From: Vitrella brassicaformis CCMP3155
Taxonomy: Eukaryota > Protista > Chromerida
Length of the DNA stretch: 64,000 bases
Direction of reading: 5' to 3'
Assembly (NCBI GenBank): GCA_001179505.1
Contig: CDMY01000206.1
Coordinates: forward strand, 103,344-167,343
The notes under the pieces: model-generated
What the model was told of the DNA's origin: nothing
Databases searched by the model: none
The model's input: the letters and a program-made list of their open reading frames with translations, nothing else
Part shown: piece by piece, positions 13,795 to 25,439 of the stretch
Position numbering within the stretch: position 1 is the first letter of the stretch
Layout: the number at the start of each line of letters is the position of its first letter
Translations under genes and position numbers: made by a program

Positions 13795-13833
13795 CGCGTA
13801 AGTGGGTCAGTACAGGACTGACCCACTTACGCG
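13795..13833. repeat. Perfect 17-bp inverted repeat with 5-nt loop
   Basis: CGCGTAAGTGGGTCAGT-acagg-ACTGACCCACTTACGCG. Confidence 0.95.
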
Positions 13834-14032
13834 TTTGACCCGCTTATACGTACTACAGAGCTGACCCACTTGTTTTCCAGCGACTTTTGGAGTGATATCT
13901 CGCTGTGAATGAATCACAGGAGCCTCTCAGAAGCCCATTGACTCTTTTTTTCTCGCTCAAAGTCACTCAAAACGACGAAAAACCATCGGTTCTCTCATTC
14001 ATTCAATCAGACCTTGGATGGCTGCGAGAGCC

Positions 14033-14332
14033 NNNNNNNNNNNNNNNNNNNNNNNNNNNNNNNNNNNNNNNNNNNNNNNNNNNNNNNNNNNNNNNNNNNN
14101 NNNNNNNNNNNNNNNNNNNNNNNNNNNNNNNNNNNNNNNNNNNNNNNNNNNNNNNNNNNNNNNNNNNNNNNNNNNNNNNNNNNNNNNNNNNNNNNNNNNN
14201 NNNNNNNNNNNNNNNNNNNNNNNNNNNNNNNNNNNNNNNNNNNNNNNNNNNNNNNNNNNNNNNNNNNNNNNNNNNNNNNNNNNNNNNNNNNNNNNNNNNN
14301 NNNNNNNNNNNNNNNNNNNNNNNNNNNNNNNN
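14033..14332. other. Assembly gap (300 N)
   Basis: Run of N. Confidence 0.99.
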
Positions 14333-14802
14333 GTCAGTGCCTTAGTCTTCTTGGCCCGCTTCACGCCCTTCTTGTCCATCTCGTCCTCCCCTCCCTTGCC
14401 CTTGACGGTCTTGTTGCCAACGCGGCGCGCCTTGCGCTTGTTCTTGGCGCCCCGCACACGTCGACCCTTCTCCCAGTCGCTGCAGTCACTGCTGCTCTCA
14501 CACGGCGCCATCGGCTCATCCACTGCCTTGCGCTTCATCTGCACAGCAGCCGCAGCAGATGCAGCGGCCTGAATGGCGGCCTGGCGCTTCGGGCGGGCAG
14601 GACGGGCGTCGGTCTCCATCAGGGGCGGGGCGAAAGAGAGAAGGAGAGCTCAGCAGCCGCGAAAGAGAGTTCAGCCACAAAGAGGAGTTAGCGATGGATG
14701 TAAATGACCGGATCCTGGCCGCGTCAGATCTTTGTTAGGAGGTGGTTTCTTCCGCCGTGCCTTGCGCTCGGCAGATCTGCCACCCGCTCCCTTCCTCTCA
14801 GC

Positions 14803-17800
14803 ATGGATGCAGGTGAGGGTGAGGACGACCATCGCATGACGGCCCGGCAGCTGGCCTTGCTTAAGGCCGCCGGTGGGCAGAAACGCAAACCCATCATGGA
14901 CGTCGACACCAGCAGTAGTGACGCGGAAGGCTCGGAGTATGGCAAGGGAGGGCGGCACAGAAAGGCCGGCAAGAAGAGGCAGCTGGGGGATAGGAAGGGT
15001 AAGGGTAAGGGCGATAGGAAGGGCCGCGGGAGGGATAAGATGGAGGTGTCGGACGACGAGGAGGATATCGAGGTGAGGACTGAGGGATGCAGATGGCTGC
15101 TGATGGGTGGTGGGTGCATTTCCGTGTGTTTTGTGGTTTGGCTTCGTTACTTTATGCAGGATGTAGTTGAGGTTGGTCATGCTGATGCGTTGAAGGCCCT
15201 GAAGAAGATGACCATGAAGCTCGAAGGGCAGCTCAAGCAGGCCAAACAGGCCGAAAAACAGGTTCTTCGTGGAACAGAGAGGCTGGCGGAATGGAGATGG
15301 GAGTACTTGACTTTGTGATGCGTTTGCTGCGTGTGCGTGTATTGATGCCATCAGGCTCGTGAGGTGTATGAGTTGAGGAGGGCCGCCCCTGATGCCGAAT
15401 CGCTCGAACACCAACACCGCATCCAGGTGAGCGAGTGGGTCAGGGCCAATACCATACACACGCCGACCGACATCAATACACACAGCCTCTCCTTGTATGT
15501 GTGTGGTGTCGTTCAGGAGGTGGATCGTCAGATTCGCGTGTGGTCGAGCATGGTGTGTGCAGACGCCAACACGCAGATCAGCCACATGGACAAGGTCGCT
15601 ACCAGGCAGATGAAGGAGAACCTCCGCAAACTCGACGCCATCCGACACAGACTCAACGAAATGGACCAAGACGACACCGAGCAGGTCAACCCAACACAAC
15701 CCGAGACAGCACAAAGAGAGGAAGGCAATCCACCTCCGTTCCTTTCCTCTGATGTGTCAGGTCACATCGCCGCTTGAGGGTCTGCCTGAGGCCCTGTGGA
15801 TGGCCGACGGTGTGGGGATGGGCGCCATGCTGGGCTTCGTGTCGTATCTGGAGTCGCTGGCGGGCGTCAACACCTTCTTCCACCACCTCACCCAGTCAAG
15901 CGGCATGCACCCCATCGCCGAGTTGGAGGACTCACCCAAAATGAAAATCGCTAAGAAATGGACGGCCGGTGAGGAGAGCGGGAAGCCGACACCTTTGTGT
16001 GTGCGACGACGTGTGGTGACGTGTGGTGTGTGTGTTGTGATCAGGTCCGTTGTCCGAGTGTGTTGACGTGCGCATCTACCACCGGCCCACCAAGTCGCTG
16101 GTGTACCTGCTGGAGCGCCTCTCGGCCACCGTCGAGAGTGTGGACCTGCAGTGCCAGTACGAGCACCCCATCTACAGAAACGGCCAGCGTGCGCCAGAGA
16201 GACAGGTGCAGTACAACGTGGAGCGAGACATGCGTAAGAGGAAGGGCGACTTCCAGAAGGTCGACCTGCCACAGAACAAGGTGGGGGCGCTGCCAAGACA
16301 CACAGGCTTTCTTCCACTCATCATTGCTATGTCTCCCTCTTGTGTGTCCGGTAGGAGCCGATTGTGTTTGAGCGTGTGGAGTCAGCCAGCGCTGGCAATG
16401 TGTGGCTGAAGGTGGCCGAGGACCGCATGTACCAGATGCCGCACCTGCAGGGCCTCAGTGTGGTGGACGTCACCATGGCTGGGGCTCATCGGTGGATCCG
16501 CGAGGCTGACGGGGGCATCAAATCGCTGCACATCATCTGCGACAAGGTGAGGAGGCCACTCGGAGAGGGAAAGGGGATACATAGCTGCATGAACGACTGA
16601 TCTCATATTGCTACTTTGCCTCCAGGAGGATCCGAATTGCCGAGGGGCCGCTGCGAGTCTCAGCCAAGTAGCAAACGCCGTCGCCGGCACGCCATCAGGT
16701 AATGAAAGACACCACACAAGGGCGGCAGCGTCGCTATGCATTCCTCTGTCCCCCGTATGTATGTATGTATGTATCAGCCAAGAGCCTCACGTCGCTGACT
16801 GGCCGCATCGAGTACTCCGGAAACCCGCACACAAACAATAGCTTCATCGATGTGGTGGGGGTGGCTGAGGACGAGGGCGGCCCGCTTGGCTTCATCGGCA
16901 ACATCGTCGGCAACCTGATCGGCACGAAGCGGGACAAGGCAGGCCCCCTGGAGGAGATCGAGATGGCCATCGGGGAGATCCGAGACACACACAAGATACA
17001 GGTGGGAAAAGAACACAGCACCTTCTGCATCCATGGCTATCCCATCGACCCTTCCGTCTGCGTGTCGCCTGCACCAGAATCTGCATCGTTTTCGCACCAA
17101 GTGCCTGGCCCCTGACGCCCGTGAGGACTACTTCAACCGCATCGAGGAGGGCGAGCTGCAGGGCGGCCCCACCGTCCATCTGCCCTTCAGATGCAACAAG
17201 AAGGCCCTCACCGACTCCGTCTCGACGGTGGAGGTGTGCTGCCAGGAGGCCGAGAAGGTGACCCTCGACAGCCGTGCGTCTGCCGACACCATCGATGAGG
17301 CCCCCGGGCTGGAATCGCTGGTGTGTGAGCATGCCCACGAGCTCACCATCACACCTGCGGGCGGCACCCAGCAGCTGCCATCCTACATCACACACGACCC
17401 CACATCGCTCTTCCCGAGCGTGTCGTCTGTCGTGGTTGAGCAGAGAGGGGAGGGCAGGAGTGTGTATGATGGTGGGGCGGGTGATGTACTGCATGCCCTC
17501 TCCCCCCACCTAGAGAAGGTGCGTTTTGAGTTGTCTGCCCGTCCGAACCCTCTCGCCACGTGCACACTGCTGCCTGATTCCCTGGGGTCTGTCGCGGATG
17601 AAGGTGGAGAGTTAGCAGTCCAGTTGAAGTACAATGTCGACCGTCTCAATCACAATGCAGAGGGCAACTATGTATGGTACCAAAACGTGTCTATGGAGTG
17701 GAAGTTATGCAGAGAGAGAGATGCAGTGAGGCAGGTGATGGAGAATGGCCGTGTCTCCTCACTCGAAGTGCAGATCAGCATCAATGAGTGGTTCCATGCC

Positions 17801-18085
17801 CGCGACCTGCGCACGTTTTTTGCTTCATTCGCTGAGTGTGTGGTAGTGGCGTTTTCAGCCTTTCCCGCACTCAAAAGTGTCGTGCTGTCTGTCCAGTACA
17901 AGCCCGGATATCTGGCTACTATGTTGAGGCAGGGGGCTAAGAAGAGGTGTCGCGTGACAGAGAGGGCTGACGGGACGATAGTGCTGCGGCCCAGCCAGGC
18001 CAGACAGAGAGCTAAGAAGGAGGAGGGAGAGGGAGAGGGAGAGGGAGAGGACGAGACAGACACCATCATCAAGAAAGAGGAGTAG
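14803..18085 (+). CDS. F-box-like/LRR-like protein (paralog B, divergent from paralog A)
   Basis: Same exon series as paralog A: K/R-rich exon 1, GHADALKAL, EVDRQIRVW, F-box-like LEGLPEALW...SLAGVNTFFHHL, KSLTSLTGRI, long last exon ending DGTIVLRP. Confidence 0.7.
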
Positions 18086-18794
18086 ACACACACACAATAC
18101 ACTCAATACATTGCATTACACCACTGTCTCAAGGGGAGGGAATTGGGGTGGGAGGCGCTGTACAGTCGTGCATCGATGGATCCATACATGTGTGTGCGGG
18201 GGGTGGATTGGCTTGTCGGCTCACGGATGGCGTGGAAGGCCTGCCTGCCTGCCTGGGTGTGGGATCACTACGTGCGAGTGCTACCACTACTAGCCTCTCG
18301 ATGACACATGTGGCCCTCACTCCTTGCGGCCCTTCCTGCCAGCCCTGACAGCCATCTCATGTGTGTGAATGTGTGTGTGAATGGATGGATGGATGGATGG
18401 AATGCCTGTTGGACCGTCCACGTGAGAGACACTGACTTGACCGGGCAAATGCTTGTGGGTGGGTCAAACAACACACTCGTGTCTCCGTCTGTCTGTCTGT
18501 TCGTCTCACAAATGCACTCGGTCCTTCAACCAGCCACTGTACAATCGATCGTTATGCAGTACACCCACCCCCTCCCTCCCACGCACACACCATGGGGGCG
18601 GTCGGCCCTCTCTCTACCGACTAGTACTACACACACATCGCCACGGATTGCCATGCCAGCCACGTCGACCAAACGATCTCCATGATCATCCACTCTCATC
18701 GTCCATTAGTTTCCGTCGCCCACCATCAACCAATCTGTCAGTCTGCCTGTCTGTCTGTCCTCTTTGTGTTCAGCGGCTGCGTGTCAAAGTGCAA

Positions 18795-19709
18795 TCACAT
18801 GACGGGCAGCAGGGGTTGTGCTTTGGGCATCTCCTGCCTAATCTCAATCTCATTCTCTTGCGGCTGCATCTGGTACTTGATGACCTTGATGCGCGGCTTG
18901 GTGAACTTGTCACGCAAACTGCACACACACACACACACACACACACGTGTGCGTGTGTCTCTTGTCTGCCCATGGCGTGTGTCTGCGTGAGTGAGTGTGA
19001 AAGCGACCTCATCATTTTGTGGGTGAATATGGCGTGGCGGGAAATGTCACTCATCTGCCCGATAATCGCCATCAGCCGCTGTGCCACACACACACGCACA
19101 GACAGACAGAGTGAGACACACGTGCACACGACCAGCCCACCTGCATCTGTTCGTTTTGCTGGCTGATGACTTCTTCGATTGCACGTCTGTCGTTGGCTTG
19201 CTTCTCCTGCAGGTCTGACAGCCGACGTCTGTCCTGCCTCTGCTCTTCGTCAATGAGGCGTCGCTTCGTCATGAGTGACCCGCTCTCTTGCACACCCAAA
19301 TTAATGAGGGGATACCTGAACGACACAACAGAGAGACATGAGTGAGTGTGCTTTGCTGCCTCAGATACTTGACATACTTGGGTCGCTCGTCATTCTTGTC
19401 GTCGGCGTGTGCTTTGTGTGCGGTCTGCATGAAGCGGGGCAGAGCGTTGGTGCCGTCGGCACGGTCGGATGAGGGAGCCGGGAAGGCAAACAGATCGTCA
19501 TCCTGCTGACTGTCGCTCGCCGCCACCTGCCGCTCATGCTGCTGCCGCCGCTGCTGCTGCTGTGGCTTCGACTCAGCTCCAGGGGAGGTAAAAAGATCGT
19601 CCTCTTTGCCTTTGGCCGTGTCTGTGCTGGGTGCGGCGGGTGGGCTACCCGACGTCGATGTGAGGGCGAGCAGTGCCAGGCAAAGAATGATAAACTTCAT
19701 CATGATCAT
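18795..19709 (-). CDS. Secreted hypothetical protein with coiled coil
   Basis: Signal peptide MKFIILCLALLALTSTSG; spliced exons YPLINLGVQE..., coiled coil EEQRQDRRRLSDLQEKQ; last exon LRDKFTKPRIKVIKYQMQPQENEIEIRQEMPKAQPLLPVM*. Confidence 0.7.
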
Positions 19710-20579
19710 CGCTCGTACCTCGTTGTCTGTATGAGCGAGTATGGTCTAAGGGAGAAGAATCTGTTTGGGATGGCGGTGCCGCAGCACCATAACAGGGGAT
19801 AGCAGTAAGGGATATCAGGCAGTATAGGTCGGCGTTGCTGGTTGTGTGATTGGTTGCTGCTGCTGCTGCTCTTCGCTCGCGTCTATGATGTGTATGTGTA
19901 CGTCTATGTGTGTGTGTGTGTGTGTGTGTGTTCAAATGACATGTTTGACGGCATGCTTGGCGCGCTTGGCTGATGCATGTCTTCCACTCCTCCTTGAATG
20001 TTTTTTTTGAACTGACGCCCATGTTCCATCCATCCATCCATCGATCCATCAATCCATTGCATACGCCTGTCCCGTCCTTGACACGCCGCACCCAGCCAGC
20101 CAGCCAGCAGCCATACCATGCATTCGACACATGTATGTTATCTCTCTATCACTTTCTCGCATGAAGACCATTCCGGCACACGCACACCCAGGCAGGCAGC
20201 CAGAAAATGACACGAGATGTAAGTCGGTGCCTCTGTATCTTCTGTTCGGCTTCAGAAAGACGGTTCTCGACAGCCAAACACAGCCAGCAGCCATTCACCC
20301 CACAGGAAGAAGTGAAAGCGATAGCCGCACATACGTCCAGGCAGACCACACCCAATGCAGTCAGTCATTCGTGTGCATGTGTGTGTCGGTTGCGACCCCC
20401 ACCTAACAGCGGGCATCCCAACAAACACCACACATCCATCCGTCCAGGCACACACACACACACCCCGCCTCTAGATGCCCCCTATCTGCCGGGCGCCCCG
20501 CTGTCTCATCCGAAGATGTTGTTAGTGCTCGTGCTCTGATGCACACACGCACACACAAGCTCACCCTCCGTCGCCCCAT

Positions 20580-22113
20580 TCATTGTGGTTGTGAAGGCTT
20601 GCTTACGGCGGGTGGTGCCCTGAATCCGCCCGATGGGATGCCGGCGGCCCGCGTTGGTGCGAGCACGGCCTTGAGGTCGTCGCTGGAGTTCATGAAGTTG
20701 CCGAACATCTTCTTGCCCGTCCGCGGACGCACCTCGCCCCCAGCTGTCATACCCATGGCACCCATGGCCAGGCCGCCCATCCCAACACCGCCCCCCACGC
20801 CACCCGCGTCTTCCTTGCGGCCAGCGGGTGTGAGTGTGGTGGTCTCCGCTTTGTGTTCGAGCACGGTGGTGGTGTTGGTGGGCTTCTCGGGCGGCAGCAC
20901 GGAAGTGTCTGTGTCGTAGGTCATGTGGGCCACGGGGTCGGCGGGCTTGATGTAGGGCAACTCGTCGGCGGTGAACATCTTCTTGTTCGAAAAACGCTCC
21001 TATACAACAACAGCATATAGAGATAGAGACAGACACTGCGTCGGTCGGTCTGTGGGGTGTTTGCGTGTCTGTGTGTGTCAGGTCAGGTACGGGTGGCTCC
21101 TTGACGGTGGGCGGTTCGACTAGTTTGCGAGTGGGTTTGTACGGCTCGGCGACCACCTTGGGATCGCGCATCTTCTCGGGGTTGAACTGCGACTCGAGCA
21201 GCGCCTGCATGCGAGACGACTCCAACTGCACCAACTTGCTACCGCGGCCAACACCCTCTTCGCACATGTCACCTAACATAAGGCACGCAGTATTTGCAGG
21301 GGGTGAGTGTGTGTGGTAATGTGCCTGATGGTATGTGCGCACCGCACCTATCTGCTGGCCGTCGATGTTGCCCTGTATGTGTTTGTTGTCTTCGTGTTGC
21401 AGGGCGGCCTGCATGCCCAGTCCGATGTTCTGGTCACGGCTCATCCCCTCGTGAAACACCTTCTTGCCACCCTGCACACACATACAGAGATACACAGAGA
21501 GAGAGGTGCATTCATTAGAGCCCCGTTGCCCCTCCCTTCTCTCTCTGTATGTGGGACATCCATCCGTCAGATTGCCTTGAAATAGGCGTTCATGGCGATG
21601 TCATGGGTGTCGTGGCGGAGACCCTCGGCCAGCGATGGACGCACGGGACTCAGGTGCTCACCAGACGACACGGGCCTGATCACCACAAACAAACAAAGGC
21701 ACCCAGAAAAATGCCCCTCTCCTTCCTCTCCTCTCCCTCTCCTATGTGTGTGCGTGTGTGTATTGTTGGCGTACCCGGCGTTGTCCCCGAAGGCGATGGA
21801 GCTGCGGAAGGTGGGCGACTGGGCGGCGGCCACCGAGGCGGCCTGGCCGATCCCAACAGGGCCCATCTCACCGCCGCCCGTCTGGAACACGTTGGAATAG
21901 AGATGCGGGCAGTCACGGGGCTGCTTCGACAACCTGCACACAACACAGCACAGCCAGTGCGACCAGCGCATTCAATTCAGTGCAAACGCAACAAAAGAAC
22001 GTGTGGATGCAGACGCAGACGGACGGATGGACGGACGGACGGATGCCTCATCCCTCCCTTACCTACCATGCCAGTTTGCCCTTGCCCTCAGCTTTCGTGT
22101 AGCCGGCGTCCAT
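20580..22113 (-). CDS. Hypothetical protein (multi-exon; GKKVF/GKKMF motifs)
   Basis: Exons with canonical splice sites: MDAGYTKAEGKGKLAW|LSKQPRDCPHLY..., GGKKVFHEG, RPRTGKKMFGNF; stop at 20580. Confidence 0.6.
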
Positions 22114-22413
22114 GGTACTTATCTTCCTCTTTCAATCACACGCCGGCCGATTCACACAGCACTAGGAATGCAGATGGCTGATGGCACTGGACAATAGCAC
22201 GGCCGCAACGAGGCTCAGCCTCCTGCAGTAGTTTCCAGCGCCGACCGCAGCCGACGCGTCAGCAACAACACGCTACAGCAGAGTGTGTGGCACAGACGGT
22301 CTTGCGACGCCACCGGTGGGTAGAGGCGCGCTGCCTCAGCCCTGTGGTGGCCACAGAATGCCCATTTAAGCCGAAAAAAGGAAAGTCACCGTGAAACTCT
22401 TCTGTTGAGGCTT

Positions 22414-22423
22414 AGCTCGCAGA
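22414..22423 (+). promoter_or_regulatory. Candidate promoter motif AGCTCGCAGA
   Basis: Exact 10-mer ~95 nt upstream of the putative CRY-DASH ATG, in a divergent intergenic region. Confidence 0.55.
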
Positions 22424-22518
22424 TCCGGGAAAGGATGGTTTGTCAATCGGCTTGTCAACTGACACAGATGCAGTGGTGGAACTTGTCGTTTCTGTCTGTG
22501 TGTACCGCATCTTCATCA

Positions 22519-25152
22519 ATGGCTGCATTCCTGCCCTCGCCTCCTCTTCGGCAGCTCAGATCTGCTGCTGCACGGTCAACATCTCCGTCACTGCAGCTGC
22601 GCGCTGCATCTGACAAGGCGGCCACACCAGGTGAGAGGTAGATCCGATGAGTCAAGCTCGTGTTTGACGTGTTTGTGCTGTTTGCTGCAGGCTCTGCGAG
22701 GCATCGGGTCGTTGTGTGGTTCCGAAACGATCTGAGGTGGCGTGCAGCAGACATTCAAAGGGTTCAATGCGTCATTGTGTGTCTTCCCTCGTGTCTGCCT
22801 GCAGGTTACATGATCATCCCGGCCTGAGTACGGCCATAGAGCAGGTGCGCCGGCTGGGAGCCGACAAGGCTGAGGTACTGCCTGTCTTCTGCATCGATCC
22901 AAGGCAATTCGGCATCTCAGAATGGTAGGCCAACCCACCTGTCAAGCCATGACGCCTCGCTATCCGCTAGCTGCATCTGGTGGGCGCGGCGCATGTGTGT
23001 GCGTCAGGGGATCACCGAAGACCGGCATCTTTCGCGCCAGGTTTCTGGTGGAGAGTGTGGCGGATCTGAAGCGGCAGCTGCGCGGGCTGGGCAGCGACCT
23101 GCTGGTCGCCATCGGCCAGCCTGAGACAATCCTCCCGGAGCTCGCTACTCTCCCATCAGGTGACCAAAAACCATGTACATGCGCTGCCATGTTCGTTGCA
23201 TTGGTCTTGTGTTTTCAGAGAAGGGCCAGCCTGAGAGGGCGACAGTGGTGGCGAGTGAAGAGGTGACGAGTGAAGAAACTGCCGTCCAAGACGCAGTGCG
23301 AAGAAACCTGCGCTCACAAAAGGCAGAGGTAACAATGCAGAGCACATCCGACGGGCCACCGCTTTACTTTGCTCTTTCCCTGCCTTCTTCGTCAGCTGTC
23401 CCTTCATTGGAGTTCCACGCTGCACCACATCGATGACATCCGGTCGATCTTCGACCGCGACCTGCGCACCATGCCCACAGTCTTCACGCCATTCCGCACC
23501 AAAGTGGAGGCACGCCTGCTCCCAGGAGCGACCCTCCCCACACCTCAACAGGGAGACGTCGGCGCGGCTCCCAAGATCGACTTGACAAAGGCCTGTCTTG
23601 ATGCGTCGTTTGACTTGGTGCCGAGAGTCGAGGATCTGCCGTGGGCTGGGGGGCGGCCGCCTGAGGCGCATTCATGGAGCCAACCAGCTGTGCTCGACTT
23701 CAGAGGTGCGAAAGACACATGAAATGGCCTCTAATGTCGGTGTATGTCGGCTGTCTGTCCCCCAGGTGGCGAGGAGGAGGGTCTGAAGCGCCTGTCGCAC
23801 TATGTTTGGAGCGACCACATCGCCACCTACTTCGACACACGCAACGGGATGCTGGGTGCCGACTACAGCAGCAAGCTGTCGCCATGGCTGGCTCACGGCT
23901 GCCTCTCGCCGAGGAGGATATACGAGGAGGTGGCCAAGTATGAGAGCGAGAGGGTCAAGAACAAGAGCACCTACTGGCTGGTGTTTGAGCTGCTGTGGAG
24001 GGACTATTTCCGCTTCTTTGCCCTCAAAGTGGGCAGATACACACACACACTCACACACTCACACACACAGAGAGAGAGAGGGCAAAGACATGTGTATGTC
24101 TTATGTGTTTGCTTTCTTACCAACAACACCTGTGTCCCATTATTCATCTCTCTCTCTCTCTCTGTTTGTGTGTGCGTGCGTGTGTGTGTGTGTGTGTTCA
24201 GAATGGGCGGCGGGTGTTCCAGCAGCGCGGCATCGCTTTCACGTCGCCCCCACCGCCGCCAATACGACAAGATGGCAAAGCCGAGGTGACTGTAGGACAG
24301 CCGCAGATGGCTGGATAAAGGGCGAGAGGATTCGCTGTGTGGCTTTATCTCAGGAACTGTTGGATGCGTGGAAGAACGGGCAGACGGGCGTGCCACTGGT
24401 GGATGCCAACATGAGAGAGCTCGCCGCCACAGGTGCCTTGTGGATGAGTGAAAGCACTCAGACGGAAACAAAGCCCGCACTTCATTCATTACTCATTGCC
24501 TCTTGGTCTGTCTCTGTCCGGCTGCCTGCTGTCTGTCTGTCTGTCTGTCTGTCTGGTTCAGGTTTCATGAGCAACCGTGGTCGGCAGAATGTGGGCAGCT
24601 TCCTGGCGCTCGACCTCTGCCTCGACTGGTACGGGGACCAACACACAGCAGTTGAGACATGCTCGAAGGCTGTCCACCCACCCCTTCAGGCGTTATGGTG
24701 CTGACCACTTTGAGTCCCTTTTGCTGGACTATGACGTGTGCTCCAACTGGGGCAACTGGGTGGCCATCGCTGGACGCATAGGCGGCAGACTCAACCGATT
24801 CAACATACCACGGTACGGTCAGCCAGCCCCCCATGTGTGTGCGTCCGTCCATCCACCCTCCATCCGTTGGTGCAGGCAGGCCCGCACATACGACCCACAA
24901 GGCGAGTACGTCCGTGTGTGGTGCCCCGAGCTCCGGAACGTCCCCACCGAGTATATTTTCGAGCCCTGGACCATGCCAGCAAGTGTGCAGCAGAAGTCTG
25001 GGTGCGTCATCGGTGTGGACTACCCGCAGTGTGTGGTTGGTGCCAACCACTGGCCGCCGTCGAGTGCGAGTGGTGGCGGCAGGGCAGCTCGACCGCCGAG
25101 GTCGCCAAGCGGGCGTGGGAGGGGCGGGAAGAAGGGGCGCGTGGCGAGGTGA
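22519..25152 (+). CDS. CRY-DASH: Cryptochrome DASH (photolyase/cryptochrome family)
   Basis: VVWFRNDLR|LHD, KTGIFRARFLVESVADL, YFDTRNGMLGADYSSKLSPWLAHGCLSPR, STYWLVFELLWRDYFRF, GFMSNRGRQNV, DYDVCSNWGNW, YDPQGEYVRVWCPEL (DASH-specific signatures). The N-terminal extension may be a targeting peptide. Confidence 0.95.
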
Positions 25153-25439
25153 TGGATGTGACTGACTCAACTGATGGTGTGGGAGGGCTTCCCTGTACAG
25201 ATTCATTCGTGTCGATGGGATTTCGTAGTGTACTGGATGACTGTCTATAGCGCCGTGTGGGCTGAAGCAGAGGCTTCAACGAAGCTGGCTGAGGTGAGAT
25301 GGTGTCTGCGTGTCTGTGTGTCCGTCTGTGTGTCTGTGTGTGTGTGTGGGTAGATAGGCAGATGTGACGATACACACATGCAGCTGTGCGCGTGACAGAC
25401 ACGTTCGTGGGTATGTTTCTCCTCTCGCATCGCCCATGT

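Larger units (their letters stand above)
13421..14619 (-). repeat. Direct duplication of paralog A exon 1 (13421-13707 and 14333-14619) across a gap
   Basis: About 287 nt identical except one substitution (MQTD vs METD); upstream flanks diverge. Confidence 0.9.
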
